Positions 33,495 through 44,963 of a stretch of DNA of 64,000 nucleotides are shown here, piece after piece. This stretch comes from an uncultured Nitrososphaeraceae archaeon (GTDB lineage: Archaea > Thermoproteota > Nitrososphaeria > Nitrososphaerales > Nitrososphaeraceae): assembly GCA_963779615.1 (NCBI GenBank), contig CAVZZA010000005.1:384001-448000 (forward strand), given 5' to 3'. Numbering within the stretch: position 1 is the stretch's first letter; each line of letters starts with the position of its first letter. The notes under the pieces are model-generated. The model searched no databases and was not told where the DNA came from. It saw only the letters and a program-made list of their open reading frames with translations. Position numbers and translations under genes: made by a program.

Positions 33495-35328
33495 TCAATC
33501 CCGGATATGCAATTTTGTTTGGGTGTTTGGAGAATCATTATGTTTTTCATATTCTTTAGGTTTATCGAAGAAATCAAAATCATTACAGTAATAGCATTCA
33601 AATGATTCTTTTTCTTGTTCTATTTCTTCTTCTTGATCATGTGTGTTTTGGTTGCCAAAATCATACAGTGTGTTAGGGGGGTATTTTTCTTGCAGCACTA
33701 TTGGGGATTCCTTTTTATCGTCAATCTCCACATCGGGTGTGAAACCGTCCCTTAAATCTTGAAACTCTTTGCTTAAAAACCATGAGAATTTCGGCTTTAA
33801 CTGTATTGTCTTTTCAGAGTTTTCATTCTCACATTCCAACAAGTCCACAATTCCAAGTCCCTTGAATTCAACCATGGTTCTTTTTGCTGTGGGTTTTGAT
33901 ATGTTCAATGAAAATTCAATTTGAGAAGAGGACAACTTGCCCTCTGCATTCAGTAGCAAATCAAGTATCCTCACCCTTTCAATTGACGCGGTTGAGAGGA
34001 CCACCTTAATGATTAGTGGAATGTCCTCAATGGTGATATAGTTTCTTCCTTGGTTGAGTGCAGATCCCCTTGCAAGGTTTCTGAGTCTGGTTATTGCCCT
34101 GTCCGGCTCCTCGATGATTGGAAGAGAAAAAGCATATTCCGTTCCCTGAGTCTCTTTGGTCTCCCATGTCTGAAGAATGCCCCTTAATGGCGACAATAGG
34201 TTTGCCAGTTTGATTATTATTCTTATGGCTTTTTCCTCGTCTTTGGTTTCTTCCCATATAATTTTTAATGGAAGCCCTTCTTTACCAACTTCTACATTAT
34301 TGTTTTCCCCATTGTTTGAATCAATCTCTTTTATAGGACATTTGTTAAACCATTCAAGATATTCTTCCAACTTGTTTTGCATTTCTCTGACTTTTTCCTG
34401 AAACTGTTTGCCCATTATCTGATCAGATAGTATTGGTCTTCTGATTTCTCTGTGATTTTGGGATTCTAAAAAAATACAGTTTTGGTCCAAGGGTGGAAAG
34501 ATACTTGTGCACCTTTCTTGATATTTCCACTGCGGCACCTATCCACACGAACATATACTCACCACTATACCCCCTGTGGCCTTGCGCTCCAGTATCGCTT
34601 TCATAGCCCTTGCCGTCCAAAATCCTAATGAGAATCCCAAGCAGTTCAATCAACTCTTCGTCTTTCTTGGCAAAGGTGGGTGACAACTCGGGCGTGAGGA
34701 ACAGTTTGTTTTTGATTTTGGGAAGCAAATCTATTTGGGGCAGGTTTTCCCTTTTTACTGCAGTGCTGTGAGTAACAAAGGATTTGGCACTAAAGTTGTC
34801 AGAATAAAAAGTGTGTTTTGTGTTTCTGAATAGTTCTATACCCAGTGTCTTCATTGAACTTGGCAATCCCAACACTATTCCGGCAAACGGCAGGGTGCAA
34901 TTATCAATATGCAAAATGTTTTTGACAGCAAGTTCAAACTCCAAAGACTCCCAGAGGTTTGGAAAGTTTTTTTCTGCTATTTCTTTTAGTTCATGGTAGT
35001 GTTGAATCAAAGTGGTTTTCCATTCTTCAAAAGTTACGTTTTCTTCACATGCTTTCTCAGGGGATTTATTGATATCTCTTTCCAATCCATAAAGTTGATA
35101 TAGGTTTTTTGAAATGGCGAAAATCAACTCTTCCTTTATTTTGTTATCTTTTGTAAAGTTGTCAAGGTTGTTTCTAATGTTATCAATTGTAGTCATAAAG
35201 TCAGCACTCATTTTTGTCTTTATGGTGTTAGCATTTATCTCAATAGCAATTTCATTATCCTTTAAAAAAAAGTTTGTAACTCCCTTGTTCTTTAATGATT
35301 CTGAGAGTGGAAAATCCTTAATAGTCAT
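33495..35328 (-). CDS. MCM-like AAA+ ATPase/helicase with wHTH and terminal zinc finger (frameshifted near 34430)
   Basis: GLPSSMKT Walker A variant, LFLTPEL Walker B, ILDGKGY, EEPDRAITRLRNLARG sensor-2 helix, wHTH, FECYYC; split over ORFs 34423-35328 and 33495-34538. Confidence 0.65.
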
Positions 35329-35506
35329 ATTGAACCCTTGACAATATTCTTAAAATATCGGACTGTTTATCCTCTATTCTCCGTATTACCTTGAATAATT
35401 CAGTGATTATAGGTCCAATAGTATCTATCTGGTTTATTGAAAGTGGTCCTTGAGAAGATTCAAAAGGTTTATAACCTTTTTTGTCAGTGTTGTTTATGTA
35501 ACCCAT
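35318..35506 (-). CDS. Small coiled-coil hypothetical protein
   Basis: 62 aa ORF between the AbrB-like gene and the ATPase, overlapping the ATPase start. Confidence 0.5.
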   Translation of the reverse strand: MGYINNTDKKGYKPFESSQGPLSINQIDTIGPIITELFKVIRRIEDKQSDILRILSRVQYDY

Positions 35507-35524
35507 TTTATACCACTTTTTTGT

Positions 35525-35725
35525 TTATGCTTTTTCTACAATGATTTGGTTAGAGTTTTGCCTTACTTTAACAAAGTCTCCTTTACCAATTCCTATGTTC
35601 AAAGCATATAGTTTGGGAAGAACAATTGAAAAAGAATGCTCACCCATTATTCCCTGAACTTTTCTATACTGATATTCCATTGATTGATTTTCTTTTGAAT
35701 TTTTGAAATTTTCGTTATTTACCAT
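35525..35725 (-). CDS. AbrB/MazE/SpoVT-family DNA-binding protein
   Basis: RKVQGIMGEHSFSIVLPK.YA.NIGIGKGDFVKV.....IIVEK; first gene of the replication operon. Confidence 0.85.
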   Translation of the reverse strand: MVNNENFKNSKENQSMEYQYRKVQGIMGEHSFSIVLPKLYALNIGIGKGDFVKVRQNSNQIIVEKA

Positions 35726-35936
35726 AACTTGGTCATATACATAAATAAAGAAAAAGAGGTAAAGATTATTGGGGGGCTACCTATTCTAACACAAAAAAAA
35801 GGATATCTGACATGCTCAAAAAACAATTGCAACAGAAGAGGATTTATAGCAAAACGTTTTCGTAAAACCCGAGTTCAAATCCCTAGTAAAAAAAATATTG
35901 ATACAATAGTTAAAGTCTCTAGACTATAACTCAAAG

Positions 35937-37101
35937 TTGTTTTACAGACTATATGAATTTTTAACATACCTGCCTTTTGATAAGAAGCTTGAGGATAAAT
36001 ACAATATTGCCAAATATCAAAGATTTGTCCCCTTTTCGCCTCACACTATAGAAGAAACTATAAGTTTTGAAGACAGATTCAAAAAAATTCTTTCAAAAAA
36101 ATTTGAAAAATACAATAAAAAAAATTCAAATAGTTTGGAAGATAATAAGATAATAACTCCCGCAAAATAATATCGATAACAAAACTCTATACAAACTAAA
36201 TAGAACCATAGACAAAGAGACCGAAAAGAATGTCCTTAGATCGTCCATAGCCTGCCTTTATTATTCCATATCATTTGCTGCATTGAGAGATTTGTATGCT
36301 GAAATGGAGATAACCGGTTTTCAAACACCTTGCTCTCAAGAACTTAAAACTAAAATAGACGAAATTAATAGAATAATCCCAAAATGTCTCTTACTTGTTA
36401 GTTTATCTGGTGAATATCTGGTAGATAAAAGATATCATATTCAGGTGAATAAAATACGGAAATTAATGATAGATTCTTGGGAATTTGGATATAATGCGGC
36501 GTCGACAATAAATTCTTCTGAGTGGTTAATTTGTGAAAAATGCTTAAAGAAGGGACGCAAATCACATTTTGAAAAAGAAGAATGTGCTGTTTGCAAAAAT
36601 TCCAGGAAGAAAATATCAAAGATAAACCCTAAATCAATTCGAACAATGAAATTCAACATTATTAATGATATAAGGCATTACATTTTTTATTATTGTCGTT
36701 TTTTAGATTTTATGAGCAGACTTACAGAACAAATTAAAAACAATGAGCATATTAGAAAGGAATATTTATCGTATTTTAAAGGACATGAGGAACAAATACT
36801 CAAGTCAGAGCATTCTTATCTAAAACAGCCTAGTTATTATATGTGCCATTACGATACGGCAAATCCCTCAAAAAGAAAAACATGTTCATTAACCAAAAAT
36901 GACATTTTGAATGTAAAAATAAACGATAATGAATATAATAAATTAATTATGGACGCTGTTGAAAAAAAACCCATTGATAAAGGTCCTGAAAGGCTAATGG
37001 CAATTCTAGATAAATACAGGTATCCAAAAGAATTCGCTTTAGAAAAAACTTTTATAGATTTTATGAAAATTTCATTAAAAAAATCTGACAATAAAAAGTA
37101 A
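35937..37101 (+). pseudogene. Hypothetical protein with CxxC pairs, probably fragmented
   Basis: ORFs 35937-36170 and 36283-37101 on the same strand; CEKC...CAVC. Confidence 0.45.
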
Positions 37102-37453
37102 TATTATTTCTATTATAAAAAAAGAAGCAATTGGTCTAATTATCAAAGTATCAAAATAAAAGGCTGTCACTATTTTCCAATTTATTTATTTTTTAAGTTA
37201 ATGTTATAAGTTGACCATAGTCATTGACAATAAAATCATTTTTTTTACCTTTTAACGGTTTAGTAATAAATTAATATAAGATAACTATCTACTAAGCATA
37301 ATAATTTAATATAGCAACCAAAGTTAAAGGGTCTTTTAATCTAATCAATATAGCAATATTATTGTTCGTTAGTTACAAAAAATGTATTTTTTTAAGATTA
37401 ATACATTTTAAATATCTATTCATGATGGATTAAATTATAGTATAGAATCACCA

Positions 37454-38305
37454 TTAATCAACAGTCAATAATTCTTTAAACAATGAATCCAAAACTGGTT
37501 TTACCTTGTTTGTGATTATCGCATTCACGTCTGGCCTATAGTAATGATTTACAAATATGGAGGAGGGTGTTCTTCCTTGCAGCAAATCGATTATCTCACG
37601 CTCTATACCGTTATTCCTTAAATATGTTGCAAAGACCTTACGACAGTAATACATGTTCGTTTTTAATCCACCTTTTTTGAATATTTTTCTAAAAGAGGTA
37701 TAGTTTAAAGCTCCGACAGTATTTTGTGCCGTCTCCAAAATTTCCTCATTGATTATGCTTAAATACGCTTTTTTTGATATCCTTAGAAAAACATTTGGAA
37801 ATCTATAGTGCAGCAACAACATGCGTTTCTTATCTATATACTCACAGGGTTTATTTTTTATCAGATTAATGGCATTGTAGGATTCATCAGGCCGCAGGCC
37901 AGTCAGTGTGTTAAACAACACAAGGTTCCCGTATTCTTTTGGCAGTCTATGTATGGAATCCCTTATCCATTTAACCATGGAAGAGTAGTTTTGGTCCTCA
38001 TTGCTAAAGATCTTTTCAAAAACGTCATAACCGCTCTTTTTGGGCCACTTTAACTGGTACCTTTTGATTAAATCCAGCCATTTGTCATAAACTCCCAGGT
38101 ATTTTGACAAGGACGACAGAGACTTCATTGCGTGTTGCCTTGTCTCCACAGACAGGTTTAACAGGCATTGGGCGTCTTCCTTTTCCAGAACACCATAAAA
38201 TTTCTTGACATATTGGAGTTTGTTCCTTATGGTATGCGGGCTTTGCTTTTGGGCCATAAGATAGTCTTTAAAGTTGCTCCACAAGTCATTGTCATACACA
38301 GTCAT
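37454..38305 (-). CDS. SSV-type tyrosine integrase, C-terminal half (intC)
   Basis: TGLRPDE (R), SKKAY (K), YYCRKVFATYL, IDLLQGR, NHYY (Y); frame stays open upstream through the att core (RRERDSCNSIAKSM). Confidence 0.92.
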   Translation of the reverse strand: MTVYDNDLWSNFKDYLMAQKQSPHTIRNKLQYVKKFYGVLEKEDAQCLLNLSVETRQHAMKSLSSLSKYLGVYDKWLDLIKRYQLKWPKKSGYDVFEKIFSNEDQNYSSMVKWIRDSIHRLPKEYGNLVLFNTLTGLRPDESYNAINLIKNKPCEYIDKKRMLLLHYRFPNVFLRISKKAYLSIINEEILETAQNTVGALNYTSFRKIFKKGGLKTNMYYCRKVFATYLRNNGIEREIIDLLQGRTPSSIFVNHYYRPDVNAIITNKVKPVLDSLFKELLTVD

Positions 38306-38327
38306 TGATTTTGCAATGCTGTTGCAA

Positions 38328-38346
38328 GAATCCCTCTCCCGGCGCT
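38328..38346 (+). repeat. att site 2 (tRNA-Ser 3' end copy)
   Basis: Exact match to 25810-25828. Confidence 0.95.
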
Positions 38347-38705
38347 ATACTCCAGGAGACAAGCAATTGTATTATATATTAATAAATTCACAATGTCAAT
38401 AGTTGAGTCACAGCGGTAAAGAGCCAAAACCTTCATTAAATCATTCAAACCACACCATCAATCCACTACAAAGCAATATAATAGATGATAACCGCAATAT
38501 TAAAAATAATCAAGAGATTTGTTTTCATTGATTGGCTTAACCGTCATAATATCTAGAGTTTAGTAATGAGTATTAGATTACCTAAATTTTTAAAAGATAT
38601 CTTATACAAAAATCACACTTAAAATCGTTGACATGGTCCGGGTTGGGTGAAAATCATGAGGATTTCCACAGTGGTCCGATGGAATATTAAAATTCAAAAT
38701 GAATA

Positions 38706-39503
38706 TTGTTCTTTTGTTTGAGTTTGAGTCTTCCGTATATTTTCATGGTCGGCAAACATCTCATCGACATTCTTATATGCTTTCCAACGGAGTGGAGAAT
38801 GATGAAAATCATCCTAATTTTTGTGTCGATTATTACAATAACGCTATTGATAACTACACATAGCAGTGACAAAGAGCTCGATCAACTGCAAGCATTAGCC
38901 CAACTGATCAATACAGAATCTAACAACAACAATTCTTCCGCCATTTCTGAAAAGATATCCAATCTCTCTGCTGCTTCTCCTGGCCAGACTATATTTTACA
39001 GGGGGATAGAGGCATCCAAAGAGCCTGTACATGTGAATTTCTCACAACAAGGCGAACAGCATCAGACATTAAACATATTGCCACACCGAGATGACGGTGC
39101 ATCATATAGAGGGATTCTGACGTTTACAGCAACAGAGCCTGTGGATGTAGGAATTGGACATAGAGTGCCCTGGGGTAATTCCTCTTTTTCAAAAATTGAA
39201 TCAGAAGAAATAAGCGAATTGTTTAAGGTTACACACAATGACAAAGGAGAATTAGGAGTGCCTGGTATCGTAAGCGCTCCCTCTAGGATTACACCTGACT
39301 ATGGAATTAACCCGCCCTATTTCTCCGCCTCAATTCCGTTTGTTGGCAGTTCTCTATTCCTAAGCACAATGTCTGGTGAGTATGAGCCGTTCGTTGCTGT
39401 TTACGACGTTTCTGCTGATATCATACAGCCTACGGAATTTGTGGACCTCGATGGTCTCCATATTGGTAATAGTACAAACACAAGTACCACAGCCTTACCA
39501 TAA
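38706..39503 (+). CDS. Secreted hypothetical protein (probable start near 38799)
   Basis: MMKIILIFVSIITITLL signal; LPHRDDGASYRGILTFTATEPV...SASIPFVG motif. Confidence 0.7.
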   Translation: MFFCLSLSLPYIFMVGKHLIDILICFPTEWRMMKIILIFVSIITITLLITTHSSDKELDQLQALAQLINTESNNNNSSAISEKISNLSAASPGQTIFYRGIEASKEPVHVNFSQQGEQHQTLNILPHRDDGASYRGILTFTATEPVDVGIGHRVPWGNSSFSKIESEEISELFKVTHNDKGELGVPGIVSAPSRITPDYGINPPYFSASIPFVGSSLFLSTMSGEYEPFVAVYDVSADIIQPTEFVDLDGLHIGNSTNTSTTALP

Positions 39504-39922
39504 TTTATTCTTTACTTTCCAATTATTGCTAGATAGAATTTACCGAAAATCCAGATTCCTTGCAAGACGAAGGTTTTTTGGTCTTCTAATAGTCAATACA
39601 CGAGTAAAATCAGTTGATGATTTCAAGTTCTTGAGACGGGTTTTGTTTGTTATATTCCATATCTTGGGAATTGAAAATGAGTAAAACCCCGAATTTTCTC
39701 TTGAGTAGTAATTGATAAGGAAATAAGGATCATAATTGTCTTGGAATAAAAGAACAAGAGCCTTATCCTCAGGTCTACAATTCTGAAAAGAGAATAATCT
39801 CGTTTATTGTAACAGCTCAACTCGCAACCGAGGGAGTTATTGTACACCCGGTGAAAGGCGACTTTCAAAATGAATAAAAAAAGGGGTAATAGGCGATTGC
39901 CTTCCCTAAAGAGGCGGCGGGC

Positions 39923-40607
39923 CTAATAGTTAGGCGTAGGGCCTAAAGAATTGGCTTCACTGGTGATGCAGAAACTTAGCGCATCCTGTTGTATTTGGGT
40001 AAACCCTGGTTGGGCGGCTGCCAAGAGGCTATTGACTTCGTCCAATACCAATTGTCTGTCGTATCGAGTCATATTTCCATTTTCCATTAAATTCCATACC
40101 CCCTCCATATTAGTTATTGGACCGCTACCTCCAGCTATATTTTCATTTATTGATGTTAGTTTGTTGTGCGCAGGTAGTAAGGAGAAAAAAATCTGTACAC
40201 TTTTTGTGTAATTTTGAGCATCGCCAGTGCTTACCTTCGCTTCTCCAACTGTCTTGAAACAATCCATTGTGGCATTACTGAGGCCTTTGAAATGTGAGTG
40301 TATAGGACAAGTATCCATTGTAGCGTTTGACATGAAACAATTCATTTGGGTCGTTTCCTGGGCTTTGCGCTACCACAGACGAATCTGAAACATTTCCGGG
40401 TGTTAAATGGGGATGTTTGCTCAAGCCAGATAATTGCGCTACCACAGACGAATCTGAAACATTTCCGAGGCCTTGCGCTACCACAGACGAATCTGAAAGA
40501 GAGGTTACTGCTGTGAGTCCGGCTACGGCAAAGGCCAGCACAACGAACAAAGCCACTGCTTTTCCTTTTTGGGGCATAATTGTCTCAAACATGCTAATAA
40601 TCTTCAA
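39923..40607 (-). CDS. Secreted protein with internal SDSSVVAQ repeats (frameshift near 40346)
   Basis: Signal peptide in ORF 40275-40607; removing one base joins it to ORF 39923-40345; lies directly downstream of the MCO. Confidence 0.6.
40365..40498. repeat. Three direct repeats (34, 34 and 26 bp)
   Basis: ttgcgctaccacagacgaatctgaaa(catttccg) at 40365, 40434 and 40473. Confidence 0.9.
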
Positions 40608-40620
40608 ATAACATCATCAC

Positions 40621-42079
40621 CTATTTGACGACCTCAAAGGTACCCATCATGCCAAAGTCCCCATGGAACATCAGGTGGCAGTGAAAGACGGATTTTCCCA
40701 CAAAATCATCAAATGGGATTCGGATGACCACTTCACCTTCAGTTGGAAGAATAACTGTATCTTGGTATCCGTGAGCGTCATATGGTTTTCCGTTAACTGA
40801 CATTACCTGAAAGTCATTTACATGGATATGAAATGGATGGATGTTGCCAGATGAGATTTTATCAAGGTTTACCAACTTCCACTCCTCTACAGTTCCAAGT
40901 TTAGGTTTGATGTCTATTCTGTTAGGATCAAACTTCGTGTTATTTATCGTGTATATCCAATCTCTATCGTTTGATGAGAAATTAAGGACTCGATAATTAG
41001 AGATGTTCGCATTACTCAGGTCTCTCTTTGGAATTAAGCTTGTTGGAAGGGTATCTGCAGGTTTCACATCTTTTTGGTTACCTTGTATATTTACAGTCGC
41101 AACGTGTAAATCGTACGGTGCAGTAAAGGGGTTACTAGGAGCTCCTAATGGAATAGACCCGTTCCCGTTGGCAGTCACCAGTACATCATACCGTTTTCCA
41201 GAAGGAAAGAAAAGAGTATCATTGTTCCATACCTCCCAAACCGGACTTCCATCTTCTGCTATAACATGGAATTTGTTGCCGGGGAGTTCAAGTGTGAGTT
41301 CATTCTCAGGACCGATGTTGGCAAGGCGCCATAACTGGGTCTCGCCTGATTTGATGTTGATAACTGGATTGACTTCCCCGTTAACGGTCAGGCGTTCATG
41401 GCCTGACATTGTGTTACTCAAATCATGCGTAGTAACGAATAGATTGTCAAATGGAAAATCCTTCATGGCAAAGGTCTGTGTTGTGATATTCTGTAATGGC
41501 GCTGGCAATAACTTTTCTAAACCTTCAACAATAAACAAGCCAGACAGACCTGCCGAAACTTGTCCATAAGAAAGCATATGCAAATGTGAATGATACCATA
41601 ACGTGCCTGGATCGTGATCTTTTGGAATATCGACAGAATAATGCTGTGTCTTGCCAGGCGCAACATCCAGAAATACATTATCAGAAGTATTTCCAGGAGA
41701 CACATGAATTCCATGGAAATGGAGGTTGGTAGACTCATTGAGATTGTTTACCAAATCAATCTCCACTCTGTCTCCAGGATAGACATGCAAAGTAGGTCCC
41801 ACGAGAGAACCATTGTATACCATTCCAGTGATTGTCTTGTTGTCAACTTTACCTATCTTGTAATCTGCAACGAGTGTAGTTTGCAAAACACCTTCTTTGC
41901 TGTATACGTCCTGAGACTTTGAAAAGTTCATCCCAGCCAAAGGACGAGGATTGATTTTGGGCAAGGGCGTTATGGTCTGAAGATTCAAATGCAAACACCA
42001 TCACCAAAGCAAACATCGTGATGGAAAAAGCGGATATTAAGCCACAAGTGTTAATGGAGGACCTTATTGTGTGGATCAT
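40621..42079 (-). CDS. Multicopper oxidase; signal peptide separated by a frameshift near 41940
   Basis: HFHG, WYHSH, HPFHIH and HCHLMFHGDFGM copper motifs; signal peptide in ORF 41849-42079 joins after removing one T in TCC T TTG GCT. Confidence 0.9.
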
Positions 42080-43339
42080 TTAGTTAAATCCACCTTGTTT
42101 TGGTCTTTCCAGATAATTAGTTTTATGTTCAATTCCTACATTGTTCCGTTTACGAATAAAGTAGGCTTTTCTATTATGACTCATTAGTAATGGTCACTTA
42201 TAGCAATTGCTATTTAACGCTTGTGTTATTTATTGTAATTGTTTTACTAAATTTACAAAAGATAAAAAATTCGTTATGGCTACAAGTGTAAAATGAAGAA
42301 TATGATTCTGTGTGTCCCTTGACCAATATTTTTTGGGTATTTTGGAGAAGTAACAGAATAATTTAAACCCATGGGGTAGAAAAAGAATTAAGAAAAGTTT
42401 AGTTTGGACAATTGGTGTCAGCATGTTTCTACCTAGAAGTATGGATCTTAAAACCAACAGAAGATTTGGAGTTGAGGCCTTTTCGGTTCAGAGAAAGTGA
42501 AAAAATAATATTCAATTAATATGAACACGAAGAAGTCTAGCATACCACCGATATATAAAATACAAGATAACTTCATTGTGATGTTGAACAAAATGCCAGT
42601 CCTTCAAATAGACATTTCATGAAAGAAGATATCATATTCTAAATTCTATAGTTCTAGAATTACAGAAATACTTTGAAATAGGACAATAAAAACGAACTTT
42701 CTGTCATTTACAAATAAAGAGGAACGGATGAAAAACAAAATAGATCAATCAAAAATGACATTTGAAGAAGTTAAAGAAATAATTTGCAAAAAGGAAATTT
42801 ATGACGAGCACCCCAATTATAGAACTAATAAAATTAACAGGCTATGGAATTAAAAAAGATATGAGGACAAATCAAGTTATAATAACTTAAGAAAATAACA
42901 ATGCATGATCTATTATTTTTAGATATAGCCTTTTTTATCTTAAAACCGTTATTATCATATTTCATAATTTTGATTATGTAAAAACGTTATTCTTAAAGGA
43001 CTATGAAACAATTCCTTGTTTTTCTGATCCACTGACCATGGAGAATGCTCAAAATCAAATATTGCATAATATTTCTCATTTCATCAAATTTTTTCTCCAA
43101 TACATCAAATCAGAAATTTATACTGATTGTTCATCAACTGCGGATGGATTTTTTTTCTGAATCTTATCAACTAAACCGTTGTGTTGCAAGAATCTTGAAT
43201 TTTTCAATATTATTTTTATTGGCAAACTTAACACTATCTTGCATAATGTCAAGAAAACAAATTGTATATAGAATTTTAATATTATTATAACTACTAGGCA
43301 AATTTTGTATTACATTAAATTATAAATATCTCATCACCA

Positions 43340-44204
43340 TTAATCGATAGTTATTAATTCCTTAAACAATGAATCCAAAACGGGTTTTATCATATTTGTG
43401 ATTATCTCACTAATATCTGGTCTATAATAATGATTAACAAATATCGTTGAAGGGGTCCTTCCTTGCATTAGATCGATTGTTTCAGATTCTATTCAATTGT
43501 TCCTTAAATAGGTAGCGAAAATTTTGCGGCAATAATACATATTCGTTTTTAGGCCACATGCTTTGAATTTTTTTTTAAAAGAAGTATAATTTAAAACCCG
43601 ACAGTATTTTTTGCCGTTTCCAAAATTTCCTTATTAGTTATGCTTAGGTATGCTTTTTTTGGGACCCTTAGAAAAACATTTGGAAACCTGTAATGCAGCA
43701 ATAGCATGCGTTCCTTATCTATATACTCATCGGGTTTAATTTTTACCAGTTTAATGGCATTATAAGATTCATCAGGTCGCAAACGAGTCAGTGTGTTAAA
43801 TAATACAGGATTCCCATACTCTTTTGGCAATTTATGTATTGAATCCTTTATCCATTTAACCATGAAAGGATAGCTTTTGTCTTAATTGCTAAAGATCTTC
43901 TGGAAAACTTCATAACCGCCTTTCTGGGTCCACTTTAACTGATACCTTTTGATCAAATCCTGCCGTTTATCATAAATTCCCAGGTAGTTGGATAAAGACG
44001 ACAAGGATTTCATGGCGTGTTGCCTTGTTTCTCCTGATAATGTTAAAAGCACCTCGGCATTGTTAGATTGAAGCACCCCCATAGGATCTTTTGGCATGCT
44101 GGAGTTTGTTCCTCATGGTGTGATGGCTTTGTTTTTGACCTATCAGATAGTCCTTATAATCATTCCATAATTTAGTATCATTGTTAATATTATTGTTACC
44201 AATA
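43340..44204 (-). pseudogene. Second SSV-type integrase C-half, frameshifted
   Basis: Paralog of 37454-38305 (RRERDSIG..LWNDYKDYL, TRLRPDESY, YYCRKIFATYL, IDLMQGR) broken by several indels. Confidence 0.9.
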
Positions 44205-44223
44205 GAATCCCTCTCCCGGCGCT
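44205..44223 (+). repeat. att site 3
   Basis: Exact gaatccctctcccggcgct, followed by gattttcttt as at 25829. Confidence 0.95.
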
Positions 44224-44654
44224 GATTTTCTTTGATTTTTTATGCTGAAATTATTGGTTTTAGTAGTGCTTTGAGGCATGCAGTTATTGGGAGATTGATT
44301 CGAACCCTCGAGGCCCTCACGGGCCACAAGCTTTAGCTGGTCTGACATGTCATTATCCCTCTCAAAATCGGAACTATGGCAACTGTCAACCTTTTTCTTA
44401 CCGATTTTGGCAAGGTTGGTTAAGGATTCTTTATGGTCGATCTCACTGAATTTGGTAAGATTTTTCTGATCCTCACTGTTAATTTTGCTGCTGATTGTAG
44501 CAAGTCACAATCAGGAAATAACTTTAGCAATAATGGCAGCTCTTTTTCGAAAAGAATGGAAAGTTTCTTTTTGATAAAGGACTGTATTCATAGGATTTTG
44601 CAATGTCCTTTTGGCCTTGAAGAAAATGGATTCGGACTTGGAAAGAAGCGACAC
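44224..44654 (-). pseudogene. Second intN half
   Basis: Homologous to 25829-26270; reads KIGKKKVDSCHSSDFERDNDMSDQLKLVAREGLEGSNQ... toward att3. Confidence 0.75.
44297..44335 (-). repeat. Perfect 39-bp inverted copy of tRNA-Ser 25776-25814
   Basis: gattcgaaccctcgaggccctcacgggccacaagcttta. Confidence 0.98.
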
Positions 44655-44963
44655 TTTCTGGATGGACAACAAAAAGCATTAAAATTTTTAAATTACAGTA
44701 TGATCATATGTTGGAATCAATCAAATTTTTGGATTAATATCCCCTTTTTTATCCTTGAAAAAAGGCATATTATCGTAGTATCTTTATTGCTATTGAAGGT
44801 AAGTGTAAACAAAATTGTTAAATTACTAGGCAAAGTTATGCTAAACATTCCTATTTACATTCATAGTATAAAGATCATGCTTACCTTTTCAGGTAAACAA
44901 ATTCCAATAAAATATCAGGGATCAACAATCCTATTCCAGTTATACAAAAAATGTGAATGAATT

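Larger units (their letters stand above)
25810..38346. mobile_element. Integrated element A (~12.5 kb) at the tRNA-Ser 3' end; plasmid-like cryptic element
   Basis: Perfect 19-bp direct repeat gaatccctctcccggcgct at 25810-25828 and 38328-38346; integrase next to the right repeat; primase, ATPase and AbrB-like genes inside. Confidence 0.9.

Noticed and set aside
35869-35884. gagttcaaatccc T-loop-like motif (also ggttcgatt near 25653)
   Set aside because: No stem or cloverleaf and no match to the att core
25810-38346. Element A as a provirus
   Set aside because: No capsid, terminase, portal or packaging ATPase recognised; treated as plasmid-like, though hypothetical genes could hide divergent virion proteins
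40365-40498. Three direct repeats resembling a mini-CRISPR
   Set aside because: Unequal spacing (69 and 39 bp, both multiples of 3), they encode in-frame SDSSVVAQ peptides, and no cas genes are present
41003-41569. 188-aa plus-strand ORF and similar short opposite-strand ORFs elsewhere
   Set aside because: Antisense shadows of well-supported genes
44280-44345. Mirror as the 3' half of a trans-spliced split tRNA
   Set aside because: CCAG could pair with CUGG but leaves a 5-nt rather than 3-nt bulge, and the copy lacks a proper 3' T-stem and acceptor strand
44433-44960. 175-aa plus-strand ORF
   Set aside because: Antisense to intN2 and runs through AT-rich promoter DNA; no protein-like motifs
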